A program made the position numbers and the translations under genes. The notes beneath the pieces are model-generated. The model was given only the letters and a program-made list of their open reading frames with translations. It was not told the origin of the DNA and made no database searches. This document shows positions 62,513 through 64,000 of a stretch of 64,000 nucleotides of DNA, piece by piece. Every line of letters begins with the position of its first letter. Within the stretch, counting starts at the first letter, position 1. Source of the stretch: Balanoglossus misakiensis (taxonomy: Eukaryota > Animalia > Hemichordata); NCBI GenBank assembly GCA_040954595.2, contig CM082595.2, positions 9,599,918 through 9,663,917 on the forward strand, read 5' to 3'.

Positions 62513-62952
62513 ACCCCGATGCGTGGTATAAAAGACCCCCCAAATCAGTGGCGAATCTTAATGCCGTTTGACTGACAACAGACAACACCAACGATCTTGG
62601 CTCTATGAAAATCGGCCCAAACAGATCCAAGCATAAAGAATTACACCACACAACGACAGTGGTTGGCTTTATAAACACACACAACATAAAGTTATCGATG
62701 AAAAAGTACACGAGCTTTTGAAACAACGATGATTTTGGGAGAAATCTGGTTTCAGTGCTTTTCAGAAGCATCCCTGGGAAACAATAACCACGCCATTCAA
62801 ACAGCTGTCAATCGCACAGAGGTGTAAAGTGTTCAATTATTTTCTATGTACATGAGATCAATTACACAGTTATTATGCACGACGACCACTCCCAAATAAA
62901 CAACTGTACAAACACACGTTAATCCGAACCCCAGTACTTTCCGCACCGGGGT
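62513..62952. mobile_element. TTAA-specific MITE (piggyBac/Kolobok-like), 440 bp
   Basis: TTAA-ACCCCGATGCG...CGCACCGGGGT-TTAA. Single-TTAA empty site in the left arm (GGCCTTAATGT, ~42544-42554). Confidence 0.75.
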
Positions 62953-63002
62953 TTAAGGCCTAATGCTAGTGTCACAACATTGATTACCAGACCGTTTCCC
63001 TC

Positions 63003-63122
63003 TGTATGTATGTATGTATGTATGTATGTATGTATGTATGTATGTATGCAGCCATGTATGCATGTGTTTGTGTGTGTGTGTACATGTGTGTATGCATGTT
63101 ACATGTATATATGGATGTATGT
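63003..63122. repeat. (TATG)n/(TG)n microsatellite
   Basis: Read directly from the sequence. Confidence 0.95.
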
Positions 63123-64000
63123 CTGCCCTGATCCAAAACATGAAACCACGCTTTTTTTATTTTGGTGTGTAGATGGGATTTTGCTTAAATGAAGTTGTCA
63201 TTGCAAAAATACGCAAATAACCTGTGAAATATGTGGAATTGATCAAAACTCAACAACTGGTTAGACTGCTTTGAACATTTGTATGCATGTAGGTAATGTC
63301 ATCATACCTGATATACTTTGAGTTTATATCGTGAATTGTCTATTTTTTATGCAATTATTTTGTCTTGTTTTACCATTTGAAAAAAAATCTTTTTCTCTTA
63401 AAGAGATTGGCTGATTTCTTTAGAATTTAGTATGACACTTCCGGTAGGTGATCTTAGTTGGTTTTGTTTAAATTGTCGCAGAATTTGTAATCTGTCATTT
63501 TTGGTCAAAATTCATTTTCTGAGAAACTCCTTAGATTGCTTTTAAATTTTGGTATGCTTGTTCCAAGAGGTAACCCAAGTAATGTTGTATATCATTTTGG
63601 TGAAATTTACATATTGTGGTCTTGGGGCAATTTTTGCAATTTGTATTCTTTGAAACTACTAGTCAGATTGCTTTCAACTTTGGGAGGCGTGGTGATTGAA
63701 GTAGATATTATACAATTTGTTGATAGTTGGATAGATGTGGTTTGAGGCAGTTTTTGTCATTATTGAATGTTGTTTTCCCTAAAATACTTGTCTGGTTCCT
63801 TTGAAATGTTCTTACAGTAGGTCATATCTGCTTGCCAATGTCACATGATTTTTCCCATGAACACAGACATACCTAATTTTGTGTAATCCCCAGATGGGAC
63901 CACAGTGTGTAATAACCTGACCAACAGTGACTAGTATATCCTGTACTTCTCACAAGGTTGAAGTACATGTAGACTGTTGATGATTTTTTGCGATTCTTCA

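Larger units (their letters stand above)
60876..64000 (-). repeat. Right arm of the large imperfect inverted duplication (continues beyond the window)
   Basis: Reverse complement of 41480-44392 with indels; shares an embedded HINE-like repeat. Confidence 0.85.

Overview
AT-rich, intron-containing animal DNA, almost entirely transposon-derived. A marine invertebrate (possibly a deuterostome such as a hemichordate) is an inference from repeat style only. All alignments and identities are by eye. (1) 1-26854 is a nested, head-to-tail stack of Helentron-type non-autonomous elements (HINE/DINE-like). It contains an apparently complete ~20.6 kb autonomous Helentron (2325-22943) with an intact ~2527-aa OTU-Rep(HUH)-PIF1 helicase-AP endonuclease ORF. 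Downstream of that ORF is a 3 x 963 bp array in which each unit carries a ~160-nt rod-like RNA structure that folds better on the transposase strand; this is the best novelty candidate. (2) 27-44 kb holds an 86-bp satellite, a spliced OB-fold (RPA/SSB-like) gene with inverted and direct broken copies, and several MITE, TIR and LTR relics. (3) 45177-55341 is a young Gmr1-type Gypsy element (integrase before RT, tRNA-Pro PBS). It is interrupted by a second, RT-less Gypsy element patched with inverted pieces of itself. Both sit in the intron of a broken pentraxin-like gene, which lies between ~3 kb inverted arms (41480-44392 and 60876-64000). No rRNA, tRNA or CRISPR array was seen.
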